The notes below the pieces were generated by a model. That model did not search any database. It had not been told where the DNA came from and saw only the letters and a program-made list of their open reading frames with translations. Positions 36,146-46,178 of a stretch of 64,000 bases of DNA are shown here, one piece after another. Both the position numbers and the translations under genes were made by a program. The DNA comes from Candidatus Latescibacterota bacterium (GTDB lineage Bacteria; Latescibacterota; UBA2968; UBA8231). Positions within the stretch are counted from its first letter, which is position 1. Every line of letters starts with the position of its first letter. The stretch spans positions 160,001-224,000 of the forward strand of contig OZ220090.1 in the NCBI GenBank assembly GCA_964291625.2, read 5' to 3'.

Positions 36146-38342
36146 CGATCCTCAGCACCACGTCGTCGTAGTAGATCTCGGCGGCCGAGTGCCCGTAGAG
36201 CCCCGGGGCGCCCTGGCGGTTCGGCAGCGGGTCGGGGGCCTCGATCGTCCAGGCGGAGGGCTCCGGGTCCCCCCGGCGCCAGACCTTGCCCCGCACCACG
36301 GCCCCCTCCGGCTCCAGGTCGACCCGCATCTTCATGGTGTACCAGACGCCGCTCTCCCACTCGAAGGGGACGCTGGCGGCCATGCGCAGATCCGAGGCCC
36401 AGGAGCGGACCTGGAGCTGCTGGTGGTTGCCCATCAGGTCGAGGGTGTAGCGCTGGGCGATGAGGCCCATGTCCGGGAGGTTGCGCCGGTGCCGGTCGCC
36501 CATCATCGACGCCTGGATGGTGTAGCCGCTCAGGTCCGCCGGCCCGAGGTAGACGTTGGAGCGCTGCAGGCCGCGGCGGGCGAACGGCTTGTGGAGCAGG
36601 TCCTCGCCCTTCACCCGGCGCAGGAGGAACTTGCCGCCCGCCGAGCCGATCCAGTGCCCGGGGACCGGCCGGTCGTCCTCCTCGACGGCGCCGGCGGCCC
36701 CGAAGTCGAGGCTCCACGAGCCCCGCGTCAGCACGCGCACCCGGGCGCCGGCCGTGAAGCCGCCGGCGCGGAGGGTGACCGCGCCCCCGTGGTCGGGACC
36801 GGGATCCGCCGTGAACACGCCGTCCCGGAGGCGGCCGGCCAGACCCTCCGTCGACCAGTCTCCCGCCTCGACGGCGCCGGTGACCCGCCCCATGGCGTCG
36901 ACGAGGCGCGCCTCGAAGCGCACGGAGCCGCCCGGCTCGACGGTGGTCTCGGCGGGAACCAGCTGCAGGCCCACGGCCTCGCCGGGGGGGCCTTCCGCCG
37001 CCGGTGGCGCCGGCCGCGCCTTCTCCTCCCCGGCCGCGGGTCCGCCGCCGAGGCAGTACAGGCCCTCGTCGGTGGTGAAGTAGACGCGGCCGCCGGCCAC
37101 GGCGGGGGAGCCGAAGATCTCCGCCGGACCGCCGTCGGGCGCCAGGACCTGGTCGCTGTCGAGCAGCTCGCCGTCGGTCTGCCCCGGGCGAAGGATGTGG
37201 AAGCGCCCGTTGACGGTAGTTGCGTAGAGCTTGCCGTCGGCAACCACCGGGGAGCCCCGGCCCACGGTGCCGAGATTGCGGTGCCAGAGCCGCCGCCCGC
37301 TGCCGGCGTCGAGGGCGTGCAGGTTCCCGGAGTTGTCGATCGCGTAGAGGACGCCGCCGGACAGGGCCGGCGAGGCGTACCCGCACAGGGCGTCGTGGCG
37401 CCACAGCTCGTGGGTGGCGGTCACGTCCCCCCGGCCGCGCCCGTCGATGCAGACGACGCGCCCCATGGTGTTGCCGTCGACGTTCTCCTCGCCGTGGCTG
37501 GCGTAGACGCGGTCGCCGCCGACCACCACGGCGGCGTTGAGGCCGCGGCGGCTCAGCCGGAACCCCCAGAGCTTCTCGCCCGTGGCCAGGCGCATGGCGT
37601 AGACCGAGCCGTCGGCGTTGCCGGCGACGACCAGCCGCTCGCCGCCGATCTCGGCGACCACGGGGGTCGAGTAGGTCGTGTCGAGGGGCCGCCCGCCCGG
37701 GGCCGAGACCCACACGACCTCGCCCGTCTCCCCGTCGAAGGCGAAGTAGCGGTCGCGGGGCACGCCGTGGGCGCCCCAGCCGCTGCTGAGGAAGTTGACG
37801 ATCACCAGGCCGCCGGCGACGACGGGGGTCTGCACGCGGCCGCCGTACCCCGAGATGCGGCCGAACTCCTCGGTGAGGGAGCGCTCCCACAGCAGCTCGC
37901 CGCCGCGGCTGTAGCAGCGCAGCAGCCCCTGGACCCCGTGGACGTAGATGCGCCCCGTCCGCGGATCGGCCGCCGGGCTGGCCCAGCCGACGCGGTTGAA
38001 GGGGATCGTCGTGTGGAAGACGTTGAAGCGGTCCTCCCAGAGCAGCTCGCCGGTGGCCGCGTCGAAGGCGGCGACCCGCTCCTGCTCGGTGACGTCGAGG
38101 CCGGCGCGGCCCGTGACGAAGACGCGGCCGTCGAGCACGACGGGGGTGGAGCGGCCGGTGAAGTCCGCCTTCCAGGCCTGGCCGGGGCCGCCCGGCGTCC
38201 AGGACTCGACGAGGCCGGTCTCCGGGGCGCTGCCGTTCTGGAAGGGTCCCCGCCAGGCGGGCCAGTCGCTCCACCCGGGGGCGGCCGGCAGGAGGGGGCC
38301 GAGGGCGGCGAGGAGCAGGATATGCAGGAGGGCGGGTCTCAC
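36138..38342 (-). CDS. Secreted PQQ-like beta-propeller protein with C-terminal Ig-like and beta-sandwich domains
   Basis: Signal peptide, DWPAWRGPFQNG, multiple blades, about 270-aa beta-rich C-terminal extension. Confidence 0.88.
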   Translation of the reverse strand: MRPALLHILLLAALGPLLPAAPGWSDWPAWRGPFQNGSAPETGLVESWTPGGPGQAWKADFTGRSTPVVLDGRVFVTGRAGLDVTEQERVAAFDAATGELLWEDRFNVFHTTIPFNRVGWASPAADPRTGRIYVHGVQGLLRCYSRGGELLWERSLTEEFGRISGYGGRVQTPVVAGGLVIVNFLSSGWGAHGVPRDRYFAFDGETGEVVWVSAPGGRPLDTTYSTPVVAEIGGERLVVAGNADGSVYAMRLATGEKLWGFRLSRRGLNAAVVVGGDRVYASHGEENVDGNTMGRVVCIDGRGRGDVTATHELWRHDALCGYASPALSGGVLYAIDNSGNLHALDAGSGRRLWHRNLGTVGRGSPVVADGKLYATTVNGRFHILRPGQTDGELLDSDQVLAPDGGPAEIFGSPAVAGGRVYFTTDEGLYCLGGGPAAGEEKARPAPPAAEGPPGEAVGLQLVPAETTVEPGGSVRFEARLVDAMGRVTGAVEAGDWSTEGLAGRLRDGVFTADPGPDHGGAVTLRAGGFTAGARVRVLTRGSWSLDFGAAGAVEEDDRPVPGHWIGSAGGKFLLRRVKGEDLLHKPFARRGLQRSNVYLGPADLSGYTIQASMMGDRHRRNLPDMGLIAQRYTLDLMGNHQQLQVRSWASDLRMAASVPFEWESGVWYTMKMRVDLEPEGAVVRGKVWRRGDPEPSAWTIEAPDPLPNRQGAPGLYGHSAAEIYYDDVVLRIDE

Positions 38343-38494
38343 GGGGCGGGAAGGTACTCGTGGCGGCGGGTGATGTCAGGTTGCGGGGGTGGCGGTTCGC
38401 GGTGTCTCATGCCGCCAAAGCGTCATCCTGATCGCTCGATGGCACCACACGTTCGTTCGCCGACTCGGCAGCGTAGAGCAGGGCCGCCTGCACC

Positions 38495-38744
38495 GCCCCT
38501 CTCCACCTACCAGACCCGGGAGCAGCGCCATCCCGCTGGGCGGCAAGTGCGCGGGATTGGTGGATCGCTGCAAAGATTCTGCGAACCCATGGCTGAACCA
38601 GGAGAGTGTAGGCACCCGCCAATTCTCGACTGGGCAGGGGAATCTCGTATGAAGCCATATCCGCCCAATTGGTGCGCGGCATTTTCGTCCCGTAGATGCA
38701 GAGTCCGAGCAATCGACGAATTCTGAGCTGGAGAAATAGCCCAT
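38495..38744 (-). pseudogene. hsdS: 3' fragment of type I restriction-modification specificity subunit
   Basis: Across frameshifts: SEFVD..STGTKMPRTNW..EIPLP..LAAQRD/ALLPGLVGGE, matching the HsdS C-terminal LRDxLLPKLxSGE repeat. Confidence 0.75.
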
Positions 38745-38747
38745 GGG

Positions 38748-39097
38748 CTACACACCCTCGGGGGAGTTCTCAGTTTCCTCCGCGTCCTCAAAGGGATTGA
38801 GGACACGGACCCCCGTCGGCTCGAAGTGGCGCACGTTGCGTGTGACCACGCAAAGGCCGTGGACAAGGGCCGTGGCTGCGATGAGCAGGTCAACCCGGTC
38901 CGCGAAAGAGGCGGTCGTCTGTTCCATCCAGGCGGCGAGATGGCGCGCAAACTCAGGGTCATGCCGTCTCTGCTGCGACACACGACGCTGATGAAGACGT
39001 CGGCAGGCCGCTGAGTTTGAAGCCACTTGGTCGGAGCCGGATGGCGGTCGGGTCTGCGCAAGACAGACACCACATCGGTGTCGAGGAGGTACATCAC
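38748..39097 (-). pseudogene. vapC: Decayed VapC (PIN) toxin
   Basis: YLLDTDVVS..FISVV, then a frameshift near 38980 with loss of the usual E-containing helix, then DLLIAATALVHGL.VVTRNVRHF..VLNPF. Confidence 0.8.
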
Positions 39098-39354
39098 GAC
39101 TCCAGCGAACGCGGAGACAGCGGGATCCGCTCAAACTCGAAGTCATCGCCGCCGTCTGGGATGGCCAGCAGGTGTTCGATGAAGGACGGGACGTTCTCCG
39201 GCGGCTGTTTGCGCAGCCTCTCGTACTCCTTCACCGACAGCACAACGACGGCGGGTTTGCCGCGCCGGGTCACCTGTTGCGGTTCCCCCGCAAGGGCGGC
39301 GTCCACCACGGCGCTGAAGCGGTTCTTGGCGTCTTGGAGAGCCCATTGGGTCAT
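39094..39354 (-). CDS. Phd/YefM-family antitoxin
   Basis: WALQDAKNRFSAVVDAA..GEPQQVTRRGKPAVVVLS. GGAG RBS before ATG 39354. Confidence 0.9.
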   Translation of the reverse strand: MTQWALQDAKNRFSAVVDAALAGEPQQVTRRGKPAVVVLSVKEYERLRKQPPENVPSFIEHLLAIPDGGDDFEFERIPLSPRSLES

Positions 39355-39455
39355 TGATTCCACTCCTGGCTTGGATTGGCTGAATGTATTATCGATGCCA
39401 ACTGCCCGGCATGGAGCACTGGTTGGCCTCCACAAAGAGTACACCCGGTGCTTGG

Positions 39456-39749
39456 CTACACATCCGTGCCGGGGGCCCTGGCCTGGATCAGATTCATGCG
39501 GCACTGTTCCCAACGAGCCAATCCCCGTCCCCAGTACCGCCCGAGCTGGAGAAGTCGCTCGGCTTCCAGCTGCGCGTAGGCCTCCTTGAAGGCGTCGGAG
39601 ATGATCAGGCCGAGGACGACATGCTTGTACTCGGCTGCGTCCATGCTGCCCCGCAGGGCGTCGGCCATCCGCCACAGGTCGGACCTGTAGCCCGTGATGA
39701 CGTCCGAATCGGGCCCCTTGCCGGCCCTTCGCCGTCCTGCCGTCGTCAT
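39456..39749 (-). pseudogene. hsdM: 5' fragment of type I R-M methyltransferase
   Basis: LWRMADALRGSMDAAEYKHVVLGLI-ISDAF, with the usual FLKY missing. Truncated. Confidence 0.82.
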
Positions 39750-39878
39750 CGGGTTGTTGGAGAATACATGGGTTCAGGATGCTATGGTGCTATCTTTATG
39801 CAGGAATATGCTGCTGGAGATATGCCGACACCAACAGGGAATTCCGTGCCGCGCCGCGGAAAACCGGGAGAGTGACCC

Positions 39879-41201
39879 ATGCGAATCCTGATCCCCTCCA
39901 TCCTGCTGGCCGCCGCCGCCGCCGCGGACAACTGGCCCCAGTGGCGCGGCCCCCACCAGAACGGGGTCAGCGCCGCCACCGGTCTGCCCTCGCAGTGGAG
40001 CGCCTCCGAGGGCGTCCTGTGGAAGGCCCCGCTGCCCTCCTGGAGCGGCGGCACCCCCATCGTCTGGGGCGACCGCGTCTTCGTCACCTCGCCTTCGGCG
40101 CCGGAGGCCGGGGCCGCCGAAGGCCAGGGGGAGGGCCGCCGGCGCAAGCGCGATCCGGGCGGCGACGACCTGCTGCTGCTGTGCCTGTCGCGCACCGACG
40201 GCAAGGAGCTGTGGCGCGCCGTCCTCGCCGAGGGCAACCGGACCTGGAACAAGCACAACAACACCTCGCCGTCGCCGGTCACCGACGGGAATCACGTCTG
40301 GGCGGTGACCGGCACCGGCGTGGTCGCCGCCTTCACCATGGAGGGCGAGCCGGTCTGGCGGCGGGACCTGCAGGCGGAGTTCGGGGCGTTCGGCCTCATG
40401 TGGGGCTACGCCTCGTCGCCGGCCCTGCACGGCGGCCGCCTGATCGTGGAGGTCCTGCACGGGATGCACACCGACGATCCGTCGTACCTCGCCGCCTTCG
40501 ACGCCGCCTCCGGCGAGCTGGCCTGGCGGGTCGAGCGGCCCACGGACGCGCCTGACGAGTCGCCGGACGCGTACACGACCCCGGCCGTGCTGAGCACGGG
40601 GGCCGGCGAGCAGATCGTCGTCTCCGGGGGCGACTACCTCACCGGCCACGACCCGGCCTCGGGCCGGGAGCTGTGGCGCGTCGGCGGCCTCAACCCGGGC
40701 CGGGAGGGCAACTACCGCATCGTCGGGTCGCCGATCGCCGTGGGCGGCATGGTCTACGCCCAGAGCCGCCGCAAGCCGCTGCTCGCCTTCCGGATCGGCG
40801 AGGGGGGCCGCGTCGGCCAGGACGACCTGGCCTGGCGCTGGGAGGGGGCCGGAGCCCCCGACGTGCCCACCGCCGCCTGCGACGGCACCCATTTCTACAT
40901 GGTCGACGACCGCGGCCTGGCGACCGCCCTCGACGCGCGCACCGGCCGGGTCGTGTGGGGGCCGGAGCGCACCGCCCAGGGCCGCGTCAGCGCTTCGCCG
41001 GTGGTGGCCGACGGCAAGCTCTACGTGCTCAACGAGGACGGCGTCACCACGGTGCTGGCCGCCGGCGCCGAGTACGGACACCTGGCCACCAACCCCCTCG
41101 ACGGGTCCTTCACCCTGTCCTCGCCGGCGGTGGCGGGCTCGCAGCTGTTCATCCGCACCGCCGCGCACCTGTACTGTATCGACGGGTCCGGAGGGGGCTG
41201 A
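39879..41201 (+). CDS. Secreted PQQ-like beta-propeller protein, divergent from the main operon
   Basis: Signal peptide, DNWPQWRGPHQNG, SPSPVTDG, ASSP, YTTP, ASPV blades. Confidence 0.9.
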   Translation: MRILIPSILLAAAAAADNWPQWRGPHQNGVSAATGLPSQWSASEGVLWKAPLPSWSGGTPIVWGDRVFVTSPSAPEAGAAEGQGEGRRRKRDPGGDDLLLLCLSRTDGKELWRAVLAEGNRTWNKHNNTSPSPVTDGNHVWAVTGTGVVAAFTMEGEPVWRRDLQAEFGAFGLMWGYASSPALHGGRLIVEVLHGMHTDDPSYLAAFDAASGELAWRVERPTDAPDESPDAYTTPAVLSTGAGEQIVVSGGDYLTGHDPASGRELWRVGGLNPGREGNYRIVGSPIAVGGMVYAQSRRKPLLAFRIGEGGRVGQDDLAWRWEGAGAPDVPTAACDGTHFYMVDDRGLATALDARTGRVVWGPERTAQGRVSASPVVADGKLYVLNEDGVTTVLAAGAEYGHLATNPLDGSFTLSSPAVAGSQLFIRTAAHLYCIDGSGGG

Positions 41202-41343
41202 GGCGCCTCGGCACCTTGGTGAGACCGGCGCCGGCCCCTATATTCGAAGGCTCCGCGAGCCGCCGCGCTTCCAGGCGGCCGCCAGCCGCCGCCCTGCTTT
41301 TTCTGCCGTCCCGTCGGCTCCGCCGGGCGGCGGAAAGGACTCC

Positions 41344-41607
41344 ATGAGACTCGCCGTCGACAACCTGGCCAGCAACGCCACCGAGGACGACCTGCGCACG
41401 CTCTTCGAGATCTTCGGCAAGGTCTCCGCCGTGGAGATCCAGAGGGACCGGGGCCGGGGCCTCGTGGACATGCCGAGCAAGTCGGCCGCCAAGGAGGCGA
41501 TCACGAACCTCGACGGCCAGGAGCTTCTGGGGCATTCGCTCGGCATCAGCGAGTTTCAGCCGGGGAAGCGTCCCTTCCGTCCCAAGCGCCGTCGGCGGCG
41601 GCGCTAA
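41344..41607 (+). CDS. RRM (RNP-1) RNA-binding protein
   Basis: LAVDNL (RNP2), LFEIFGKV, GRGLVDM (RNP1), AITNLDG, Arg-rich tail. Confidence 0.85.
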   Translation: MRLAVDNLASNATEDDLRTLFEIFGKVSAVEIQRDRGRGLVDMPSKSAAKEAITNLDGQELLGHSLGISEFQPGKRPFRPKRRRRRR

Positions 41608-41694
41608 GACCGCCTCGACCCTCCCGCGCGGGCCTTCTCCCGGTCCGGCGCCGGGGCCGCCTTCCGGTCCGATCTTCCACCTCGAGGAGAGGGA

Positions 41695-42738
41695 ATGCCG
41701 TACTACGTATACGTATCGCTCAGCACCGAGGACCGCATCAACGTCTACGCCATGGACCCCGAGACCGGGGCCCTCGACTCGTACGCCATCGTCGCCGCCG
41801 GCGCCGGTCCCGGCCCCCTGTGCGTCGACCCGCAGCAGCGGTTCCTGTACGCCGGCCTGCGCGGCGGCCGCCAGGCGGCGGCCTTTCGCCTGGACAAGGG
41901 CAGCGGACGGCTCGCGCCCCTCGGCACGGCGCCGCTGGAGTCGGACCCGTGCTACCTCTCCACCGACGCCAGCGGCCGCTTCCTGTTCACCTCCTACTAC
42001 CGCGCCGGCATGGCCGCGGTGCATCCGATCCGCCGCGACGGCTCCGTCGGCACGCCGGCGGTGATGAACATCAAGACCGCCGAGCGCGCCCACTCGATCC
42101 AGATCGACGCCGGCAACCGCTTCGCCTTCGTGCCCCACACGGCCGGGCCGAACCTGATCTACCAGTTGCGCTTCGACGACAAGACCGGCCGCCTCTCCTC
42201 GAACCCGGCGGGCCAGCGGCTCGAGCCGCCCCCGGGAGAGGGGCCGCGTCACTTCTGCTTCCACCCGGCCATGGACGTGGTCTACTTCGTCAACGAGCAG
42301 AGCTCCTCGGTCTCGGCGTATGAGCTCGATACCCGCGAGGGGACGCTGACGCGGTTCCAGAACGTGCCGACCCTGCCCACGGGCTTCGAGGGCGAGAACA
42401 CCGGTGCGGAGATCCGCATCACTCCCACGGGGGAGTACCTCTACGCCTCCAACCGCGGGCACGATTCGATCGCCGCCTTCTCCGTCGACGGGTCGACGGG
42501 GGCGCTGGAGCCGATCAGCCACACGCCCACCGAGCCGACGCCGCGCTCCTTCACCCTCGATCCCGACGGCGCCTACCTGCTGGCTCTCGGCGAGGGCTCC
42601 GGCAAGCTGGCCACCTACCGCATCGACGACGAGACCGGACATCTCTCTCCGCTCGAGGTCCTCCAGGTGGGCAACAGTCCCATCGGGATCCTGGCCCTCG
42701 ACCTCGGGACAGCCGAGCCTGCCTCGCGGCTGAGCTAG
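41695..42738 (+). CDS. pgl: 6-phosphogluconolactonase-like 7-bladed lactonase
   Basis: PCYLSTD, AHSI, GPRHFCFHP, LYASNRGHDSI, PRSF. Confidence 0.88.
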   Translation: MPYYVYVSLSTEDRINVYAMDPETGALDSYAIVAAGAGPGPLCVDPQQRFLYAGLRGGRQAAAFRLDKGSGRLAPLGTAPLESDPCYLSTDASGRFLFTSYYRAGMAAVHPIRRDGSVGTPAVMNIKTAERAHSIQIDAGNRFAFVPHTAGPNLIYQLRFDDKTGRLSSNPAGQRLEPPPGEGPRHFCFHPAMDVVYFVNEQSSSVSAYELDTREGTLTRFQNVPTLPTGFEGENTGAEIRITPTGEYLYASNRGHDSIAAFSVDGSTGALEPISHTPTEPTPRSFTLDPDGAYLLALGEGSGKLATYRIDDETGHLSPLEVLQVGNSPIGILALDLGTAEPASRLS

Positions 42739-42823
42739 CGGCCCGGCCCCGCCGGGCATCTCCGTTTCACCCTGCAGGATCTTTCTCCGCGGGCCGGTCC
42801 CCTCGAGGACCGCCGTTTTGCCC

Positions 42824-42860
42824 TTGACCCGGTTCCGCACGGCCGGTATACGTATGTGCA
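42824..42860 (+). promoter_or_regulatory. Possible sigma-70 promoter with overlapping palindrome upstream of dnaE2
   Basis: TTGACC-17 bp-TATACG (imperfect -10), overlapped by TATACGTATGTGCA, which contains the palindrome ATACGTAT. Confidence 0.35.
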
Positions 42861-42872
42861 GCTATCCGGGAG

Positions 42873-45800
42873 ATGGGGTTGAGCTTCGTCCACCTGCACT
42901 GCCACTCGTCGTTTTCGTTCCACGCCGGCGTCCCCGGTATTCCCGAAATCGTGGGGAGAGCGAGGGAGCTGGGGATGCCGGCCGTGGGACTCACCGACAC
43001 CGACCGCATGTCGGGGCTCGTCCTCCACTACGAGGAGTGCCGCCGTCAGGGCCTGCGGCCCGTCCTCGGGGTCGAGCTGACCGAGCCGCGGCGCGGAGAG
43101 GTCCTGGCCGCCCGCGCCCGGCGGGGCCTCCCGGCGGACGGGGACCTCCGCTCCGGTTCCGCCGCCGAGGGGATGTCGCCGCGGGCCGACGGCGCCGGCT
43201 CCCACGGGCGCGAGCGCCTCGTCGTGCTGGCCCGCAACGCCCGTGGCTACGCCGACCTGTGCGAGGTGGTCACCCGCCGCCACCTCGAGGCCGACCGCTT
43301 CCGCTTCGACGAGGTCTTCGCCCGCGAGTGGCCCGACTTCGTGCTCCTCACCCCCTCGCCCGGGCTCCTCGGCGCCCTGGCCGCCACCCCCAACCGGGAC
43401 CGCCTCTACGGCGAGCTGATCGCCAACTCGGCCGCCACCCGCCGCCGCAGCCGCGAGCTCGAGGCCGTCGCCGGGGCCCTGCGCCTGCCCCTGGTCGCCC
43501 AGAACGACTGCTACTTCCTCGACCCGGGGCAGTGGCCCACGCACCAGCTGCTCACGGCGATCGGCCTCAACTCCACCCTGTCGCGCCTGCGGCCCGGGGA
43601 GTGCGCCTCGCCCCAGGCCTGCCTGCACAACGCCAGGTGGATGGCGTCGGCCTTTCCGTCGCACCCCCGGGCCCTGGACAACGCCGGGCGCCTCGCCGAG
43701 GAGTGCGGCTCCATCGAGCTGCCCCTGGGCGAGTGGATCCTGCCGCGCGTCGACGTGCCCCGGGGTGAGACGCCGGCCAGCCACCTGGCGCGGCTGGCCT
43801 GGGCGGGGCTCGAGCGCAACTACGGCGGCCTCCGCACCTGCGACCGGGCCCGCCGCATCCAGCGCATGGAGCTGGAGACGATCGAGAAGCTCGGCTACCC
43901 GTCGTACTTCCTGATCGTCAAGGAGATCCGCGACTGGGCCAACAAGCGCTTCGCCTCCGGCTACCGGCGGCCGGCGGACTGCACGATCCTGCGCGGCAGC
44001 GCCGCCAACAGCATCACGTTCTACAACATCGGCGTCTCCGACCTCGATCCGATCCGCCACGACCTCTACTTCCAGCGCTTCCTCAACGAGGACCGCGCCT
44101 CGCCGCCCGACGCCGATCTCGACTTCGGCTGGGACGAGCGCGACGAGGTGCAGAAGTTCATCAGCCGGCGCTGGGGCGAGGAGCACGTGGCGGTCACCTG
44201 CACCACCCTCCACTTCCGCGAGCGCGCCGCCTTCCGCGAGACGGCCAAGGTCCACGGCTACACCGACGACGAGGTCACCCGCATCATCCGCGGCCGCGGG
44301 TCCCGCTCGGCGCGCATCGACGACGCCGGGATCCGCCGCCTGTGGCGGCTCGCCGCCACCATCCGGGGCAAGCCGCGGTTCCTGGGCCAGCACCCGGGGG
44401 GCGTGCTGATCACCGACCAGCCCATGCGCCGCCACGTCGCCTGCGAGCGCTCCGGCGGCGACAAGGACCGCGTCATCACCCAGATCGACATGCACAACGG
44501 CATCGACGAGCTCGGGCTGATCAAGTTCGACATCCTCGGCAACGGCTCGCTCTCGGTCCTGCGCGACGCCCTGGGGCAGCTGGCCGAGCAGGGCGAGGAG
44601 GACCCGGGGGTCTTCGACGTGGACAAGTGCTGCGACGACCCCGCCGTGCGGGACGTCATCCGCAAGGGCCGGACGAGGGGGATCTTCTACATCGAGAGTC
44701 CGGCCCAGACGCGGCTGAACAAGAAGGCCCGGGCCGGGACCTTCGAGGAGATCGCCATCACCTCCAGCCTCGTGCGCCCCGCCGGCTCCCGGTACGCCGC
44801 CACCTACGTCGAGCGCGAGCGCAAGTCCAAGGCCGGCATCCGGGACTGGGAGTTCGTGCACCCCGCCCTCGAGCCGATCCTGGGCCGGACCCACGACGTC
44901 TGCGTCTTCCAGGAGGACGTGACCAAGATCTGCCACCAGGTGGCGGGCCTGAGCTTCGCCCAGGCCGACCGCATCCGCAAGATGATGAACTCCCTCCACG
45001 AGGGCGCCCCGGCCGAGGAGCAGTGGCGGCGCACGGAGCGCGACTTCCTCGCCGGCTGCATGGGCCACAGCGGGCTCGACGCCGACCAGGCGCGGGAGCT
45101 CTGGGAGCGCGTCAGCTCCTTCACCGGCTTCAGCTTCTGCAAGAGCCACTCGGCCACCTATGCCCAGCTCTCCTTCCAGTGCACCTGGCTCAAGGCCCAC
45201 TACCCGGCCCAGTTCCTCGCCGCCGTGATCAGCAACGGCCACGGGTTCTACCGCCGCGACGTCTACCTCGACGAGGCCCGGCGCTGGGGCTGCCGCATCC
45301 TGCCCATGGACATCGGCGACTCGCGCCTGAAATACGTCGGCCGCGACGGCCGCATCCGCCCCGGGCTGATGCACGTGCGCGGCGTCCGCCGCGCCGCCCT
45401 CGAGGCGGTCGAGGCCGAGCGCCGCGATCACGGCGTCTTCCGCGACCTGGTCGACTTCGTCGAGCGCATGGCCGGCACCGGCGCGCCCGTCCGCCTCCAC
45501 AAGGGCGAGATCGAGCGGCTGATCCTCGTGGGCGCCTTCGACCGTTTCGGGCTCACCCAGCCCGAGAGCCTGTGGCTCCTCGACGACGCCTTCCACGCCG
45601 TCCGGGGGGCGCGGGAGGAGAGCGGCGGCCTGTTCGCGGCCACGGGTGCCGTGGAGCCCCTGGCGCGGCGGGTCCCGGCGGGCGTCCTCGGCGACTACAA
45701 CCTGGCCCAGCGGTGCCTGAACGAGCACGAGCTCCTCGGCTACATGCTCTCCGGCGACCTGCTCGAGATCCTCGACCTGCACCCGGCCTCGCGGGGCACC

Positions 45801-46178
45801 GTGCCCATGGGGGACCTGGAGCGCTGCGCGGGGCGGCGCGTCAAGGTCTTCGGCCGCCAGGTCACCGAGCGCATCCACGGCGTCGAGGGCACGAGCGAGC
45901 CGATGATGTTCCTCACCCTCGAGGACAGGAGCGGGACGGCCGACGTGATCCTGTGGCCGGACGTGTTCCAGCGCTGCGCCGACGCCGTCCTCGGCGGCGG
46001 GCCCTTCGAAGTCCGCGGCCGGGTCGAGGAGGACTGGGGCGCGATCTCCCTGGTGGCCGAGCGGGTGCGGGCGGTGGAGTGGTCGCCGGGGCTGGTGGAT
46101 TTGGAGCTCGCTTCCCGGAAGCTGGCCGACAGCTTCGGCCAGGAGTACCGGTACGCCGACGTGGGCGTGGCGGCGTGA
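42873..46178 (+). CDS. dnaE2: DNA polymerase III alpha-family polymerase, error-prone DnaE2-like
   Basis: PHP HLHCHS, RGSAANS, FQRFLN..PDADLD, HPGG, KFDILG, FCKSHS, C-terminal OB fold. Short C-terminus, adjacent to an ImuB-like gene. Confidence 0.88.
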   Translation: MGLSFVHLHCHSSFSFHAGVPGIPEIVGRARELGMPAVGLTDTDRMSGLVLHYEECRRQGLRPVLGVELTEPRRGEVLAARARRGLPADGDLRSGSAAEGMSPRADGAGSHGRERLVVLARNARGYADLCEVVTRRHLEADRFRFDEVFAREWPDFVLLTPSPGLLGALAATPNRDRLYGELIANSAATRRRSRELEAVAGALRLPLVAQNDCYFLDPGQWPTHQLLTAIGLNSTLSRLRPGECASPQACLHNARWMASAFPSHPRALDNAGRLAEECGSIELPLGEWILPRVDVPRGETPASHLARLAWAGLERNYGGLRTCDRARRIQRMELETIEKLGYPSYFLIVKEIRDWANKRFASGYRRPADCTILRGSAANSITFYNIGVSDLDPIRHDLYFQRFLNEDRASPPDADLDFGWDERDEVQKFISRRWGEEHVAVTCTTLHFRERAAFRETAKVHGYTDDEVTRIIRGRGSRSARIDDAGIRRLWRLAATIRGKPRFLGQHPGGVLITDQPMRRHVACERSGGDKDRVITQIDMHNGIDELGLIKFDILGNGSLSVLRDALGQLAEQGEEDPGVFDVDKCCDDPAVRDVIRKGRTRGIFYIESPAQTRLNKKARAGTFEEIAITSSLVRPAGSRYAATYVERERKSKAGIRDWEFVHPALEPILGRTHDVCVFQEDVTKICHQVAGLSFAQADRIRKMMNSLHEGAPAEEQWRRTERDFLAGCMGHSGLDADQARELWERVSSFTGFSFCKSHSATYAQLSFQCTWLKAHYPAQFLAAVISNGHGFYRRDVYLDEARRWGCRILPMDIGDSRLKYVGRDGRIRPGLMHVRGVRRAALEAVEAERRDHGVFRDLVDFVERMAGTGAPVRLHKGEIERLILVGAFDRFGLTQPESLWLLDDAFHAVRGAREESGGLFAATGAVEPLARRVPAGVLGDYNLAQRCLNEHELLGYMLSGDLLEILDLHPASRGTVPMGDLERCAGRRVKVFGRQVTERIHGVEGTSEPMMFLTLEDRSGTADVILWPDVFQRCADAVLGGGPFEVRGRVEEDWGAISLVAERVRAVEWSPGLVDLELASRKLADSFGQEYRYADVGVAA

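Noticed and set aside
22178-41201. Calling the propellers BamB or PQQ-dependent dehydrogenases
   Set aside because: No clear lipobox or bam/der context. They are shorter than or lack recognisable quinoprotein dehydrogenase catalytic motifs, and no pqq genes are in the window.
42741-42757. GCCCGGC-CCC-GCCGGGC hairpin after pgl as an intrinsic terminator
   Set aside because: No adjacent U-tract, and such stems are common by chance at this GC content.
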